NCBI GenBank assembly: GCA_973895155.1
Contig: OZ316896.1
Span: forward strand, 20,076,754-20,140,753
Origin: Marsupella aquatica
Lineage: Eukaryota; Plantae; Marchantiophyta
Reading direction: 5' to 3'
Length of the DNA: 64,000 nt
Positions within the stretch are counted from its first letter, which is position 1. Every line of letters starts with the position of its first letter. The notes beneath the pieces are model-generated. The model did not search any database and was not told where the DNA came from. It saw nothing but the letters and a program-made list of their open reading frames with translations. The translations under genes and the position numbers were made by a program. Of this stretch, positions 1-13,400 are shown one piece after another.

Positions 1-315
1 CAGAATCTTCAGTGTAGTGGGATGTTGCTGTCCCCGCCGAGATTTACGAGATGTTGATCAAGCGAGCTCCACTTATGCAGCAACCCAAGAGGTGGCTGTG
101 AGCTCACATCCGGATATCTCCATCGTTCGCGCTGTTGGTAACATCCCAGAGTCATCGCCGAGTGGGCATGGCGATGTGAACTATGTACAACCCCATATGG
201 CGAATTGGAATTGTTGGAATGGCGGGTGCTTATCCACACTGACCCACCTTAGCTATGTGTGATGGTCGCAGCTAAGGTGGCTTGAGAAGAGGTTAGATCA
301 TTCCGTCTTCCTCCG

Positions 316-1893
316 TTACAAACTGTAAGAAGACCGCCACGAATGGGTAGGCGAGTCCACCGGGTGCGCAGAGGGTCCTTGAAATGGAACAGTTTGTGCA
401 TCTGGACTCAAGACACCCATATTCAGATCGAGCTCCATGCTATCATAGACATTGTCCGAGTGCCCTCCCATCAATGGTGTCGCAGGGCCCCGCAGAGGGC
501 TACCTACAAGGGTCACGTTCTGAACTGGTACTGAAACGAAGGAGGCCATATCCGGACCTTTCGTTTGCTCCACGCGTGAGTACATGCTTGGTGACTTCGT
601 CAAACACCTCTGCTTGCAAGCGACATTAATCAAGCTCTCGTTCTCAGAGATTTGACGTGAATATGCAGCCTTCATCGAGGCTGCCCTTTGGAGGGACGGC
701 TTTGACCTCGTGCGGGTCGTGGGATCCGGATGGGGAGACATTTGTAAAGGGGAGGAAGGGGAAGAGGGGATGGTAAAATTCGTTCTTGCCTTCGCTCCAC
801 GCAGCTTGCGGGCGGCTGCATCGTAGGCTCGGGCAGCATCTTCTGGAGTGTCGAAAGTTCCAAGCCAATGACGACACCGACCTATTCGGTCTCGGATCTC
901 AGCTGACCATCGTCCCCACGGCCTTTTCCTCACTCCTCTGAACACCCTGCCACTACTTCCTGCTGCATCGTTGGTGCTTGCCCTCGACTCGGAGTTGTTG
1001 TTGTTTGCAGTTAGAGGCACATCCGTTGCAGCACCTCGGGGTTTGGTCTCCGTACTCTCCACCACAGGACTACCTCGTTCAAGATGCATCGGTGCCATTC
1101 GCTGCGAAGTTTTGTCATTCCAGTGGACCTCTTGCAGGTGAAATCCAGGATGCGGACTGATCTGGTTGAGTGTAGCCTCGTAACTAGACTTCTGACCTAA
1201 TGTTTGATCCGAACCCAATTGACCAAATTCACCCGATAGCAATAAGCTCGCAAGGTCTGGCAAATAAGGCAAATTGCTGCTGCTGTTGCCCTTAGTCGCT
1301 GGTGGAACATAAGAATCAAGGTTACTGCCGCTATTGCCCTTAGTCGCAGGTGGCCCAAGAGAATTGGTACTCAAGTGCCCAGAACTCGGATTAAACCTTG
1401 AGTTGAGGCGCTCCCTAGGGTTCCTTCCATATAAAACGCTACACCCAACAACTGCTCCGATACCTATCGAGTCCAGATCCACTTCCTGCGAGGATAATCC
1501 TGAATCCTTTCCATCTCCCGTCAATAAGAAGGGAGGAAGATTGGACATGGAATGATCAGGGAACTTCTGCTGATGCCTCTCCACCCTAATTCCAGTACCT
1601 CTGTCAGCACCCATGCCATCTATGGACCTCCAGTAAGAGTCCTCGTCGAGACCCTGCATTCCAGAATCTCTGCGTAAATCTTCGGAAGAAGAGCCCATGC
1701 GGGGATTTCTTCCAAGAAAAGCCGTGGTCGCGGAGCAGACCGAGCAGAGGGATTGCGGAGTACAGTCCAAACAACGGGACGATGCCTTCCGTCTAAGATC
1801 TGTCTCCGAGATCTCCTGCTTAGCAGATAATTCAGATCTAAACATAGGTCTTGTTTTGTAGCTATCGTTCAGGAGTACATCGTGCAAAGCCAT
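316..1893 (-). CDS. AP2/ERF transcription factor, single AP2 domain, ERF084-like (subgroup VIII-related), ~525 aa, intronless CDS
   Basis: The ORF encodes [56 protein letters not shown] (~775-945); from recall, the [11 protein letters not shown] variant typifies ERF084-like proteins. The track start at 2127 is GTG; the first in-frame ATG is 1893 (MALHDVLL). C-terminal MELDLNMG is EAR-like. Confidence 0.93.
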   Translation of the reverse strand: MALHDVLLNDSYKTRPMFRSELSAKQEISETDLRRKASSRCLDCTPQSLCSVCSATTAFLGRNPRMGSSSEDLRRDSGMQGLDEDSYWRSIDGMGADRGTGIRVERHQQKFPDHSMSNLPPFLLTGDGKDSGLSSQEVDLDSIGIGAVVGCSVLYGRNPRERLNSRFNPSSGHLSTNSLGPPATKGNSGSNLDSYVPPATKGNSSSNLPYLPDLASLLLSGEFGQLGSDQTLGQKSSYEATLNQISPHPGFHLQEVHWNDKTSQRMAPMHLERGSPVVESTETKPRGAATDVPLTANNNNSESRASTNDAAGSSGRVFRGVRKRPWGRWSAEIRDRIGRCRHWLGTFDTPEDAARAYDAAARKLRGAKARTNFTIPSSPSSPLQMSPHPDPTTRTRSKPSLQRAASMKAAYSRQISENESLINVACKQRCLTKSPSMYSRVEQTKGPDMASFVSVPVQNVTLVGSPLRGPATPLMGGHSDNVYDSMELDLNMGVLSPDAQTVPFQGPSAHPVDSPTHSWRSSYSL

Positions 1894-2474
1894 GGAAGGA
1901 CTGCACCTATTCGGAGGGAAGGTGGAGGATAGAACTTGCCGACCATATGTCAGCACCGCCGTGAGAGTGTCAAAATCCCTCCGAGAAAGAGCTGGGCGGG
2001 ATCGACTGTAGGGATCACATGTGAATCCGTATCGAAGAGAAAATATTGGAAAGTCCAGCAAATGTTTCGAAGAATGGAAAAAATAGACAAACAGATTATG
2101 TTCGAAGACCCTGTACACATACCACACCCAACCTGATATCTATCTAGAGGTGGACGAAGGCTTTGATGAACATGATCGAGTAGGAGTTGCAAGCGAGGGA
2201 GAGGGTAGTAGAGACCGAAACTTGTGGAACAGTACTCCGCTAGGGAAGAATTGCGGGGTCCGTAGCTAGGACCTTTGCACATCCGAGCGAGACGACGAGA
2301 CGAAAGATGGCGAGTACTAGACGAGGTGAAGCTGAGATGCTATAAGAAGACAGGCAGCAAAACCTACAGTTGCAACCTGACAACTAGAGAGGCTGTAGGC
2401 CAGTACTCTACGACCAATTTACGGTTCAAGCCTTTTCGTAGCCTAACTCCTAGCTAGGCTCTGAGCCTCTGGGA

Positions 2475-2855
2475 CTGCGAACGAGAGCAGGTACTGTACA
2501 TGAGACATTCGAAATTCAATTTCGAAAGGAGTCCATCAGAAACCAGGCCTGACCCTGGATCACGCTAAAAGTGTTTAGTCACACCGAGTCACTGACTGTA
2601 ACTCGCGCAGCAGCCGAGCAAGCGTAGATTTCCCCATTCCAGGTACTCCAGAGCCCATGTACACTACGCAATATATCCACATTAAACTAATCTCACAAGA
2701 TCATCCGAAGTGACCAAAGCAGCCGACATCTGGTAGGAGGCAAACTCAGCCAGTCTCCACGCCACTGTCACTGTCCATCTCCTTCTCTCCCCCTCGTGCC
2801 GTCATCATAATTATTCTGCTTCTCCGCCCACAGTCGCTCTATCATTCTCCCTCAC
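2475..2855 (-). other. possible 5'-UTR intron of the ERF gene
   Basis: Minus strand shows a CT-rich leader (~2860-2900), donor CATAC|GTGAG at 2855 and a pyrimidine-rich acceptor CTCTCGTTCGCAG| at 2475. No transcript evidence. Confidence 0.35.
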
Positions 2856-3822
2856 GTATGTAGACCAGACCAGCAGACCAGACCAGACTAGAGAAGAGAG
2901 CCATGGCATCCACTCCATCTCGCTCAGCTCTGCGCTCGGTAAGCCACTGACTCACTGAGTGAGCCTCCCTCTGATTCTAAATCAATCCTTCTCCAGTCTC
3001 CGCCATGTCTCGGTCATATCCTGTGAAGACGAATGGGCACTTCAATTTTACTTGAGCGGCTCAAGAGTTTGGCATTTTCGATACTTATTGGAGACTGCTG
3101 ACTGCCCACTTCACTTCAGCCGCCACGGCCCCCAAAGCCAGGACGGAAGCTCTTAATGTCGGAGGAGACAAGCAGGCCTCGCCATCCGGATCCGGGCCTG
3201 GCCTGGCGAAGATAGTTCTGCGCTAAACCCGCCGGGGTCTCAGAATAGTGGCAGCAGGCTCCGACCCGCTAACTTTGCGAGGCAGCCTCCAGATTCTGCT
3301 CCGCCTCGGCCAATCTCGGGACTCCGGAGCTGCGCTTCGCCGCTTTCTGTTCTAATTTGGCCTTCCCCTACCTTTAGCCGATAATCGGCAGCGGCGCAGT
3401 CTTTACTTCTCCCTACAGTGTCGCCCCTTGCGACAGTACTGTAAGTCTGTAACGGACCTTATCATATCAGCGGTATGCATATACGTATTCTGGAGTAATA
3501 TGTAGACGACTTCGCAAGTTAGTTTTTATTTTTTAAGGTTTTCCTCTAATTCAAATGTTACTAGGACTATTCTTTATTCAAATTTTCTGGATTAATTTTA
3601 ATCATTAGGTTTCCCTGGATTTAAGGAGAGCCATCAGATGTTAATTGACCCTGGGCGCTACAGTTGCCAATCTATTGCTCAAATAGAACATGGTCTAAAG
3701 TTAGGATAAGGGTCTATGGTTTAGACTGAAATCTATAGACTTTGACTAGGGGCACAGTTAGGCTTGGAGGTGAACAAACAAGCATGTACTCACCCTCTAT
3801 TTTTAAGCAAAGCTCAAGCACT

Positions 3823-3875
3823 TAGCTGGTTAGGTTAGTATATATTATAGCTGGTTAGGTTAGTATATATTATAG
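3823..3875. repeat. 25-bp tandem duplication
   Basis: TAGCTGGTTAGGTTAGTATATATTA occurs twice in tandem. Confidence 0.85.
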
Positions 3876-4204
3876 TTCTCTCTCTAAGCTACTAAACATG
3901 ACCTACTCCATAGAGCAAAAACCATAGGTCAAAAGTTCTTTGAGAAAAGCAAATTTTGTATTAATATTCTGCATAGGAAAGGCTCTCACTTTTCAACCCT
4001 TAGTATAGAAATTCCGCCAAATCATACCTAAAAAATTTTGGCCAATCGGGTCATAAAACTCTGGGGAAATTTGGGCCAAAAGTGGCAATGAAGGATTCTG
4101 GCCAAGGTGAGATTTGGCGAAATTTCATGGCTTCACAAATGCTGTACTGTAGTATTTTGATGGTATGAGCCGATATATGACAGGATATAAGATAAGATAT
4201 GATA

Positions 4205-4365
4205 GTCTGGTCCAGTGTCATCTGGTCTATGATACAGTGTGTAAATTATGCGTGTAAGACTCTGGTCTAGGATACAGTGTGTAAATTATGTATGTAAGAC
4301 TCTGGTCTGATAGACGCTCCCAGTGTCATCTAGTCTGGGATACAGTGTGTAAACTAAGTATGTAC
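4205..4365. repeat. short tandem repeat cluster (~40-bp units)
   Basis: GATACAGTGTGTAAA occurs three times and CCAGTGTCATCT twice. Confidence 0.7.
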
Positions 4366-7300
4366 ACCACTTGTGACCTGGTGCATCCTAAGCTCTGCCG
4401 TGGTGGGAAAGTTGCCTATGAAAGCCTGACATATGCAACTCACCAGATAACCACACCCTAAAGGTTTAGGGAGGCCACTTCTTTTCCAATAGAGTGCACT
4501 TCGATGTCTCCAACACTCTTAACTCCAGAAGAATCCTTCACTTCGTGACTTTAATTGTCAAATTGTCACTGATTGCGCGTTTGTGATGGCATGTAGTTTT
4601 CCTTGCCTCGAAGTGTCTTAAGACTAGATTAGTAAACATTGGAGACTTTTGATTGCATTGGTGGAACCCCGGGTGGAACTTAGTCCAAAGGCTTTTTAGA
4701 CACATGGCCACATTTGCAACCAAGCCCACAGATCTGCATCTTGATAGATCCTTGTCAATAGGGTAACAGAACCACTAAGTTATGACAATTGTTTTAGCCG
4801 TGTGCAAAGTAGGACTGTAGTCCAATTTAGTGAGGAGTGATACTAGAGCAGTCAGAACCTCTCCTCACTAGAGCAACCCTCCTTGTCTTGTTTGTGTCTC
4901 CTTTGAACAAAATTAGGATCTCGAGTATTGGATCTATTGTGACGTTTAATTGTAATCATACCCTTGGAATTTCTGATTCGTTACTTTTGAAGTACAATAC
5001 CTCTCTTCCTCTTATCAAATGGCCTGTCTTCCATGAACAGCTTTCAAGGCTGTAGTTGTATTCTAATTTCTAATCTAGCTGGCACACAATTATATTCTGA
5101 TTTCATTTGCCTAACTTGTAGGACACATGGACCATTCTCCTGGAAGTATCAAGGTGTCTCATTGGTGGACACACTGGAGATAATAAGAGAGCTAGCAACT
5201 ACTATCATTTGAAAATTGAAAGCAAAGTTGCTGCCAGGGAAGGATTACTGGTAATCTCTGGAGGTCTGCCACCACAAACACTCATCTAAGCTACAATCCG
5301 AGGATGATGAAAAGCTCTACTGAAGACCAAAGCTCTACGGAAGACCGGATTTGACACAACTCTATGGTGAGTTCAGTTTTTTTATTTAAGGGTTTGTTTT
5401 TACATTTCTATATTTAAATGGTGATTTTTTTCACTTGGAGTCAGATTTGCTTTTAGTGATTTTCAACCTCAAGGTACAGACTACTTTCAAATGAACAATC
5501 TTGACAAATCACCCAGGAGACCTACCTTCAACAAACCCACTACTGACCAACAGGCATGCTCTTTCTTGTTGCAAAGAGAAATGCTACCAGTAGAACCATG
5601 GTTGCTTTGGATAACTACAGAGAAAACTTACCACTTGGACCTGTTGGATATCCACATCAGGAAGACATAACTCATGCAGAAGTCTTGCTGCCCCCATGCA
5701 AACCATACTTGGATAGCCTTGGGTTACCTGCTTAGTGAACAACTATTGGTTGAGGTAATGAAGTTAAAGTGAGCCACATTGTATGAATTGTTTGCTCAGA
5801 TATTATGAATTATGTAGACATCGTGAGACAGACAAAATGCCTTCTATCATGCCTATCCTGGCTATCATGCTTAAGCAGATTTTTTGGTGGTGGTGTTGGG
5901 AGGGGGGGGGGAGGCAAAGGGAAGTCAAAGGGAAACCTACACTAACAATAAGGTTGAACCCCGCCTAACTATGCTGTAGGTCAAGTCACCAGTGAAGATG
6001 TCAGTCAGAACCGGCGCATAGCTCCTGATAATTGCCATAACACTCCTCCTCAACAGCCTGACAGTAGATTTATGAATGTGCATCCCAAAATCTCTCTCTC
6101 CGCCTCCAGCTTGTTGACTAGGGCTCGTCCATACCAGCCAAGATTGCCAAGTTCTCCACATTCCCAGTCCAAGGCCAAGCTGCTTGTTGTTACAAAATTC
6201 AATGAGGAAGAGTCAAACATCTCCCAAGCTGCAGAAGGGAGGGCCTGCACATAGCAACATTGCAAACCGTACAAAGCACTAATCTTCAAAGCAGGTGAAA
6301 AACCTCAAGATGGAGAGTTTTGCAAACCTGAGGATCAGGGTAGCAAAAGCAGTCGGAGCAGTTCCCTGAAATAGTCACACAAGATTAATATGGGCAGGAG
6401 AAGTCCTAGCAACTAAAGAAGCCTGGATGATGGGACTTGATCACTTCGTTTCTCCCAGTCCCCTCTAATAGGATGCATATCGGTATAGAGATAGATAAAT
6501 GTAGTGACACTTGATGTGAATCAGTAAGGTTATTAATAATTGTTAGTAGGTAACAAGACAACCAGTGCTACTCTGCAATTGTAGGTATGAGAGGCTATCT
6601 CATGTTGACCCCGATGTTGACTGATAATTAGCGATAGCCAATGGATCACTAGCTATGGACAATAAGAGACAATACATGACATTGAGGCTGAAAGGTAAGG
6701 TACCCACAATTTGTTAGTTCTAGTGTGGGAGTTTGGGAAGTTCTTGGGGAGCCATAGAATTTTTACCCTTGTGATTTTGTTTGAGGCTGCTAGGGTGGCT
6801 TGTGCATTGTCGTACTCTTTTGCTCTAAGACGCATCCGCTTTGCTCATGTTTTCCCTCTGGGTATTTAAGCCTTCTGCCCTGATTGGGTGCTGCTTTTCC
6901 TTTGCACACCTGTGGTTCCCCCCATCTGTTGGGTTTCACGATTGGAATAAAACATGAGATTCAAGTAACATTAAATAAGAAAACTTTAGCCTTGGGCAAG
7001 AAGGAGCTGGTCAGAGCCTTCCACTAATACTCACGAGCATGATCAGGGAGGTGGCATGCAAAGTGGTAAAATCAGGATTGTTGTCTCAAGCAACTGCCAG
7101 CTAGATGTCCAGACCTTTTGCACATAATTTGTTGGAAAAGATAACACCCAAGACATCCATGATAAACAGTAGATGGAGGGGCCTTAGAAATGGGCCACCA
7201 TTTGGGACTGGTATGGGGAACCAGAGGAGCAAGGAATATCTCCACCAGTTCCAGGATTGTATGTCAATGTTGGAGTGATGGACAACTGACTCGATCCACA

Positions 7301-8454
7301 TCTACTTAGCCAAGTTGGAAGGGTCATGAACAGCAAAAGATGGAGACCATGGGAACATGCCAACAAATTTGTGTACAAAAACAATTTCAATTCTATTTAA
7401 CCTAACAATTAATCTTAGAGCAAAAGATCAAAGGAAAATTCATTGCCTAATTTATTGGCATCATCCACCAGGTATACCTGTGCTTGCCTCATTGCATCTT
7501 CTACAATTAATGAGCAATTATAGGTGGGGCCTTAGAGCATCTCCAGCGGTTGCACCATTGCTTACATTGTACATCAAATACAGCGTGCCTCCACTACTTC
7601 TTTTAGGTTGTGCTAAAGCCTGTGTGGGGTTTGTCAAAGTGCAATCCCTATGAACTTCCTGCTGCATAGGTCTGCACTCCTTTGTGAACTGGACTTGGCC
7701 TGTTGCTGTTGAAAGCACTCACCATTTCGGCTGAAATTGCTTTGCGACATCAATGGCACACTGCACCACAATGTTTTGTGGATTTTGAAGGACTCACATG
7801 AAGCTTCAAAGACACATAAGTACTCTCTTGAATTGCCATTTCAACATTCACATTTGGGCTTGAATTGTCAATTTATTCACATTTTCACATCCTCTCCTTC
7901 AAGAAGTATTTATGTTTGTGAGCTATGGATCCCCCTCAATTTCAACAGTGGGTAGCTGATCGCGTTGGGTCGGATGATGACATAGAGGCGGGCATAGAGG
8001 ATGTTCTTGCTGATCACATCAGTTATCTTTTGGAGGAAGGAGACATGCTTGAAGATGGCAAAAGTTTTGAATAGAACACATGGAGGTTCGATAATTGGCC
8101 GCTCCCCAAATATTTTGTGCGATCATGTTGTTCAAAGAAAAGCGTGATATTAAGATGCTCTATGCCAGTGAGGGCTTATATCAGCTCACCAAATAACGGG
8201 CCAAATAAGTGTAGGTTTTCCCCAAAAGTCTTTCATATTGGCCTCAAGGCAGAACAATGTCCAATGCCATTATATTGCTGCCTCACTGGACCAGCCTCTT
8301 GCCAACATACGCATGAAGACAAACGCAGTGGAGCACCTTCTCTACCCAAAATGGACACAATTTAAACATTGGACATCACACATGTCATTTGTCTTACTTG
8401 TTATAATTATAATGCCCATAAAGATTGTTTCTCTTTTTGAAATGTAGATATTAT

Positions 8455-8760
8455 ACCACGAGAAACACCTACTAAAAAGGGCCAAACAAAGTACTCTGGA
8501 GTAAAGTAATACAGTTAGAGAGAAGACAAACACCAAACTTAAAAAGAAGAGGGTAAAAGCAAGCACAAAAAACCCAGAAAGAGTAAATAAATAAGAGATA
8601 AGATCTACACTTCAACACCGTGATGAGCCAGTAAATGGTCCACTTCTAGTGCAGTAGTCTGATGAGCTAGTGATCCACTTCTAGGTCTGCAAGTGCAACA
8701 TGGAGGGGCAAGCATCTGCTGAGGCAAAATGTAAATTTTTCTTTTGTAGTCAATCAGATA
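8455..8760. repeat. dispersed repeat related to 21120-21400 (degenerate TE end)
   Basis: Shared blocks AAAAGGGCCAAA..AGTAC, an A-rich run and GGGGC.AGCA.CTGC.GAG occur in the same order in both places. Confidence 0.4.
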
Positions 8761-10399
8761 CGTTCCTACTTACCAAACCTGCATTCTTCCCACCCAAGGG
8801 TCCCCTAAGTCATGACTCAAGCAGTTGGGCCACGCCACCTAGCTGGCTAGAACAAAACTCCCAACAAACAATCTTGGACCCCTTCTTGGACAGGTCATTC
8901 AAATCAGTGACAACAAATTAGAGGTAGCACTACTGCTCCCCAAGATCCTTGAGGGTCGGTCTTTGAGAAATGTTAGGTGGGTTTGGCTAGTGTTATGTAT
9001 CCAGTTTAGCCTAGAGTAAATTCCAACCTAGTCAAAGGGCAGAGACCACCTACTACAGTAACTCCAATGGGGCCTCACTCGCCCAGTCCTCCAATCCACC
9101 CTGTCTATCCATGAGTCACAAAATTGCTGCGTTTTCTTCCATAATTAATAAAAGCACCCAAAAGGCATTGTGAGAAACGTAACCGGGCAGTCCCAAACTA
9201 CAGAACAAAGGAGGGGGGAAAATAGCCCCAGCTCTAAAAGCAAGGGAACCTAATGAATTGAGGTGCCCTAGTGAGTCAGCTTGAGGTGTGACTCCCCTTA
9301 TTTTTCCGGTTGCCTGGTCGTCATGCTTTTCATTTCTATTGACAAATAAAACTTGCTTTCGATACCCTACCAATACCGTCTCTCTTGGATGGGTAACGTG
9401 TAATATGGTGACGTCCTTGCTGACAACTTACTTTCCTTCTGTACTTAAATTCGTACTAGGAACTCATGCGAAAATACAGAACGATAACGAACAAAGTGGA
9501 AACTTCACCCCAGCTACAGATTAGCTACAGCAACATACCGTGAATCGACCGGAATTATCGTAGACGAAAGGTATCATGCGAATCATGGAGTACTGTACTC
9601 ACTACTCAACAGCCTCTCCATGAGGATCCTTGATGCCCAATGATTTCTACGACAGAATGAGGTTCATAGTTCATAGTATACGGGTACTGTACACAGCTTG
9701 GCAGCACTACAGAAGCATGACTGTAGATCGACAGATTGAGCCTTTCAGATCCAGGATCGAGTACTCTACGGCTGTACTCTTGCAATCAGTTGTCATTAAT
9801 GCAAAATCTCCTGGTGAGAGAGGAGTGACCTCATTGGCATTCAAAGCTTTCGGAATCATCGTATTTCGGGCAAATGGCGACTCTTGGCTGATATGTTTGA
9901 AGCCGTGGATATCTCTTATCGAATGGAGGGATAGAAAGATACAGTCATGCCACCTCCAGTCTAGTGTTCCACTGATGTTCTCTTTCGCATAATGACACCG
10001 GCTACTGTACAGAGGATTTTCAAGGAAAGCTAGATTCTACAGTGTATGGCACGCTCAAGTCATCATGATTAGTATATGATGTGATCCCTTGTGCATGGGT
10101 GAACGTTTCGATTGCTACTTGCACAATTGAGCTGTTCCTCGAGAAAGTAGCTCGATTGAAGAAGAATCGAGGATGTTGCTGCTAGCATTGAGATTTTCTA
10201 TGAATTGTTGGCCTTATATTGGTTCCAGTCCATCCACAGTTCCACACGTAATAGCGTTCTGTGGGTTACGGGATTTACTCTCCACCTAGATCAGTAACCT
10301 CCCAAACAAGCAAGAATGGAAACAATCGACTAATAATAAGCAAAGGGCCCCCACGGCTGGGTCCACAATTTTACTCTATAAACCCAGCTCTGTTGGCTT

Positions 10400-10470
10400 A
10401 TTGGTCTAGCTTGAGTGGCCCAGGGTTGGGACCTGTTATCAAAAGATCTGGGGTTCAATTCCCAATGATG
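10400..10470 (+). mobile_element. tRNA-derived SINE head or degenerate tRNA pseudogene
   Basis: A-box-like TAGCTTGAGTGG (10407) and B-box GGTTCAATTCC (10452), with CTGTTA between them. The stems do not pair as a functional tRNA. Confidence 0.4.
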
Positions 10471-13400
10471 TGCGTGCCTTTCATTCCCACCATAGATTAG
10501 CATAGCTATTAGGCCATAGGACTTATCTTGCATGGTCATCCCTATGATACTAGCATCATCGCCAATGGGCTGATTTACCATGTCTTAGGTGGCTTGCCAT
10601 CAGCTCCAAGACCTCGTGTTCGACAGCTAAGTAAATTCACCATTTCATAAACAACAGATCTCAACCTAAGTTGGACTCTCCATCACCAAAGGAATGGCAA
10701 TAAGTGGTGTCATTAGTGTACGGAACCAAGCCTGGCCTCCGCCTACTTACCAGGGTTTAGGAGCCTAAGTGAGATTGAATTCTAAGTAGTGGCATGGACA
10801 ATTTCTTACTGGAACACCATGATGGCAAAATTAGTTGCAAGTAATGACGTCCCAAGACCAACCTGTATTGAAAGAAATAAAACACATTGCAATCGAGAGA
10901 AAACCAACTTGACTCCAAAATTGATTATCTACCCCTGAAACCCCTGGCCCCGCTGGAAGGGTATTCAAAATCTCCAACTATACTTGTACAGTCACCTGAG
11001 TGCATACTCCATAAGAGAAAGATGAGGCTTAGCAGACTGTTTGTCCCAGTTTTTCCTGACCACATATGGTTTCTACATAGAGTAATGTTGTAGTCTTGAG
11101 ATAGGAGAGGGTTTAGGGCAGGGTCCAACTGAAGGCACCAAATCTTGCCCAAACACAAGGTGGCAGCTTCTCAAGTGTGGCAGGGACAGAGGCACGATGA
11201 GAGTCTATGGACACCATGAAGGCATTGATAAGTGCAGATTCAGACAGAGGAAATTCATTATTGTGTTGTGCGAACCACTTGTAAGTGCAAGGCCTGGCTT
11301 TCTTCCCAAAAGAGAGGCTCCTGGCTCCTGTATCCTCTTTTGCTTAAGTCCTCATAGACCTAAACCCTAAACATGGACAGACATTTACACTAAATAACAC
11401 CTCCTATTTTGGGGAAAAACCCATTTCTTGGATGCAAGGGTCCTATGACTGGAAGCCTGTGGGAGAGCCTCGAGAGTAGGTATACTGTTCATTGAGGCAA
11501 ATGTTCACTTTGCATTGCCCGGGGCCCTTTGTAGTGGCAGGTGTGATTTACTGGATTCAAGTGAGATATTGCGTTGCAAGAAATATCCAAGTGGACTACA
11601 AAACTGAGATAGTGTCCTCTGCAAAAGTAACCATAATATTCTGCATGTGAGAAAGCTCTAAAGCCACTTGGATCATATTTCAACTAAATTGAGCAAATTG
11701 TTAAGTAAGAGCAATTAAGTTTTTGGTCGTCTTAGAAAACACCACTACCGGTAAAAGAGCTTCCAGTAACTTATCTGTCACATGAGTGATTCCATTAATT
11801 GACTTGTGCTTGTGTCAACCAGTTTCTCAATCGGGCCACTACTCTACGCTATGTATATGATTTGATCAATTACCCGGCTTTTTTTGTCCTAGAATCCCTT
11901 TCAGTTCGTCTCAAATCCGTCCAATTTCTCTTAGCATTGACTCCGGATTGTTTCTCTCCATTGCTCAGTCTGTTCATGATGTGATCGATTTTGCCGGCTT
12001 GATGGACTAAGTAATATCTGGTGCGTGATCCTGCCTCTGGATTCTTGGAGATTCGTGGACTTCAAAATCCTCTAATGTCGATCACTGTGTTGTTGCTTAT
12101 GGGCTATTAAATACCCAACCTTCAAAATACTTTGCTTGCCTAGTACCAAATGCCTAGTTACGGATGCCATAATTTTGGCAACGATTTAAATTGTTGTGAA
12201 TATTCAAGTATTTATTATTTATCTTATGTTTTTACTTAATAAGAAGAAAAGGTAACTAAACCGGTTATGTCAAATAAATTACATTCTGTTTTATGGCATG
12301 GCACCCTAAGTTTTACCCAGAATTTGTCACAAACACAAAATTTGGAAACAAATGTGTTCTTGTTTGCAGCACGCTATGATGACATGGCATGTTGTGGAGT
12401 CTCAAGTTTTGCAAGTGACCCCTAGCCTCGTGGGAGTCTGTAATGAAGGAGTGGCAAGATTCAAACTTGATCTAGCATAATGATCACCCGGGGATCAACC
12501 CTACAATAGCCATATATTTCTGTTCATGCAAAAGGTCTTCAGACCTTTGTTCACTTGGAATTTTCCAATTGATTGGATGTGAGTTAACAAGTCTCGTCTC
12601 CAGGCCTTCCTGGTCTCATCAGAGTGACCCATTTGTGTGTGTTGGTATCCCGGTTGGTGCTGTATTTGGAGAAGGGATTGGGAGGATTTGGCTGATCAAT
12701 CTGATTGGAACAGGTGAGCGAACTATGCTGAGGAGGATATAGGGGAGGGCCAACACTTGGGCACATGTAGAGCAGAAGGAGTCTAAGTTCTCTCCTAATT
12801 TTATTATAATGGTTGGTTTGCATTTCTATTCCAAGTAAGAGTGGAGTAAACCCTAAACATGAAAGGACAAAGATGAGAACATTGCAGCAATAGAGTCAAG
12901 TATTCTATCATCGTCAATGCAGCTGATATTGTTTTTTTCCTCTTAGGGTGGTAAGAAAGGGGAATTCTTGCAGACAACGCAAGAAGCTTGGAAACTTTCA
13001 ACAGACCCTTTGCACGAGAAACCGTCTATCAAAAGTAACGTAACTGAAACATAGATAGTAACGAAAGAAAGCCCATCCAAACTGATCCTGTTCACTGGAA
13101 GGATAGGAAATTCCAGTATTCACATTTTAAAATGTGAGGTTGGTGATCTCACTTTCCTCCAGAACTTTCCCAAGTGGGGGCCCAAGTTGAAGATATTGAT
13201 TTGGCTTACGGGGACTTGCATGGCTCGAATACTTCTTAATTACCACACAACTGGATTCCAGCTCTTAAATAGCGTTAATGACGATGAGGAAACTCCCATT
13301 TTATGCTAAACTTTCCCTCAAATCTTAGTAGTTTCTTTTAGAACAATATAGTATTCTTAGGACAGGAGGACAAAACAAGATGAGCAGAACCTCAAAGCAC

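Noticed and set aside
17-262. 81-aa ORF with an MGCCC acylation-like N-terminus
   Set aside because: The start is GTG, not ATG, and it lies antisense in the probable ERF 3' UTR.
1894-2127. N-terminal 78 aa of the 603-aa track ORF
   Set aside because: It depends on a GTG start; the first ATG is at 1893.
2903-2945. Plus-strand GCCATGG...CG|GTAAG resembling a first coding exon (MASTPSRSALRS)
   Set aside because: No downstream exons could be linked, and the region is equally explained as the ERF leader on the other strand.
4400-9500. Possible Mutator-like relic (SWIM-like PCVLFKTFAIFKHV near 8050-8090, minus strand)
   Set aside because: Too degenerate; no transposase motif, TIR or TSD could be confirmed.
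10400-10470. Functional tRNA-Asn
   Set aside because: Acceptor and anticodon stems do not pair; kept only as SINE-like.
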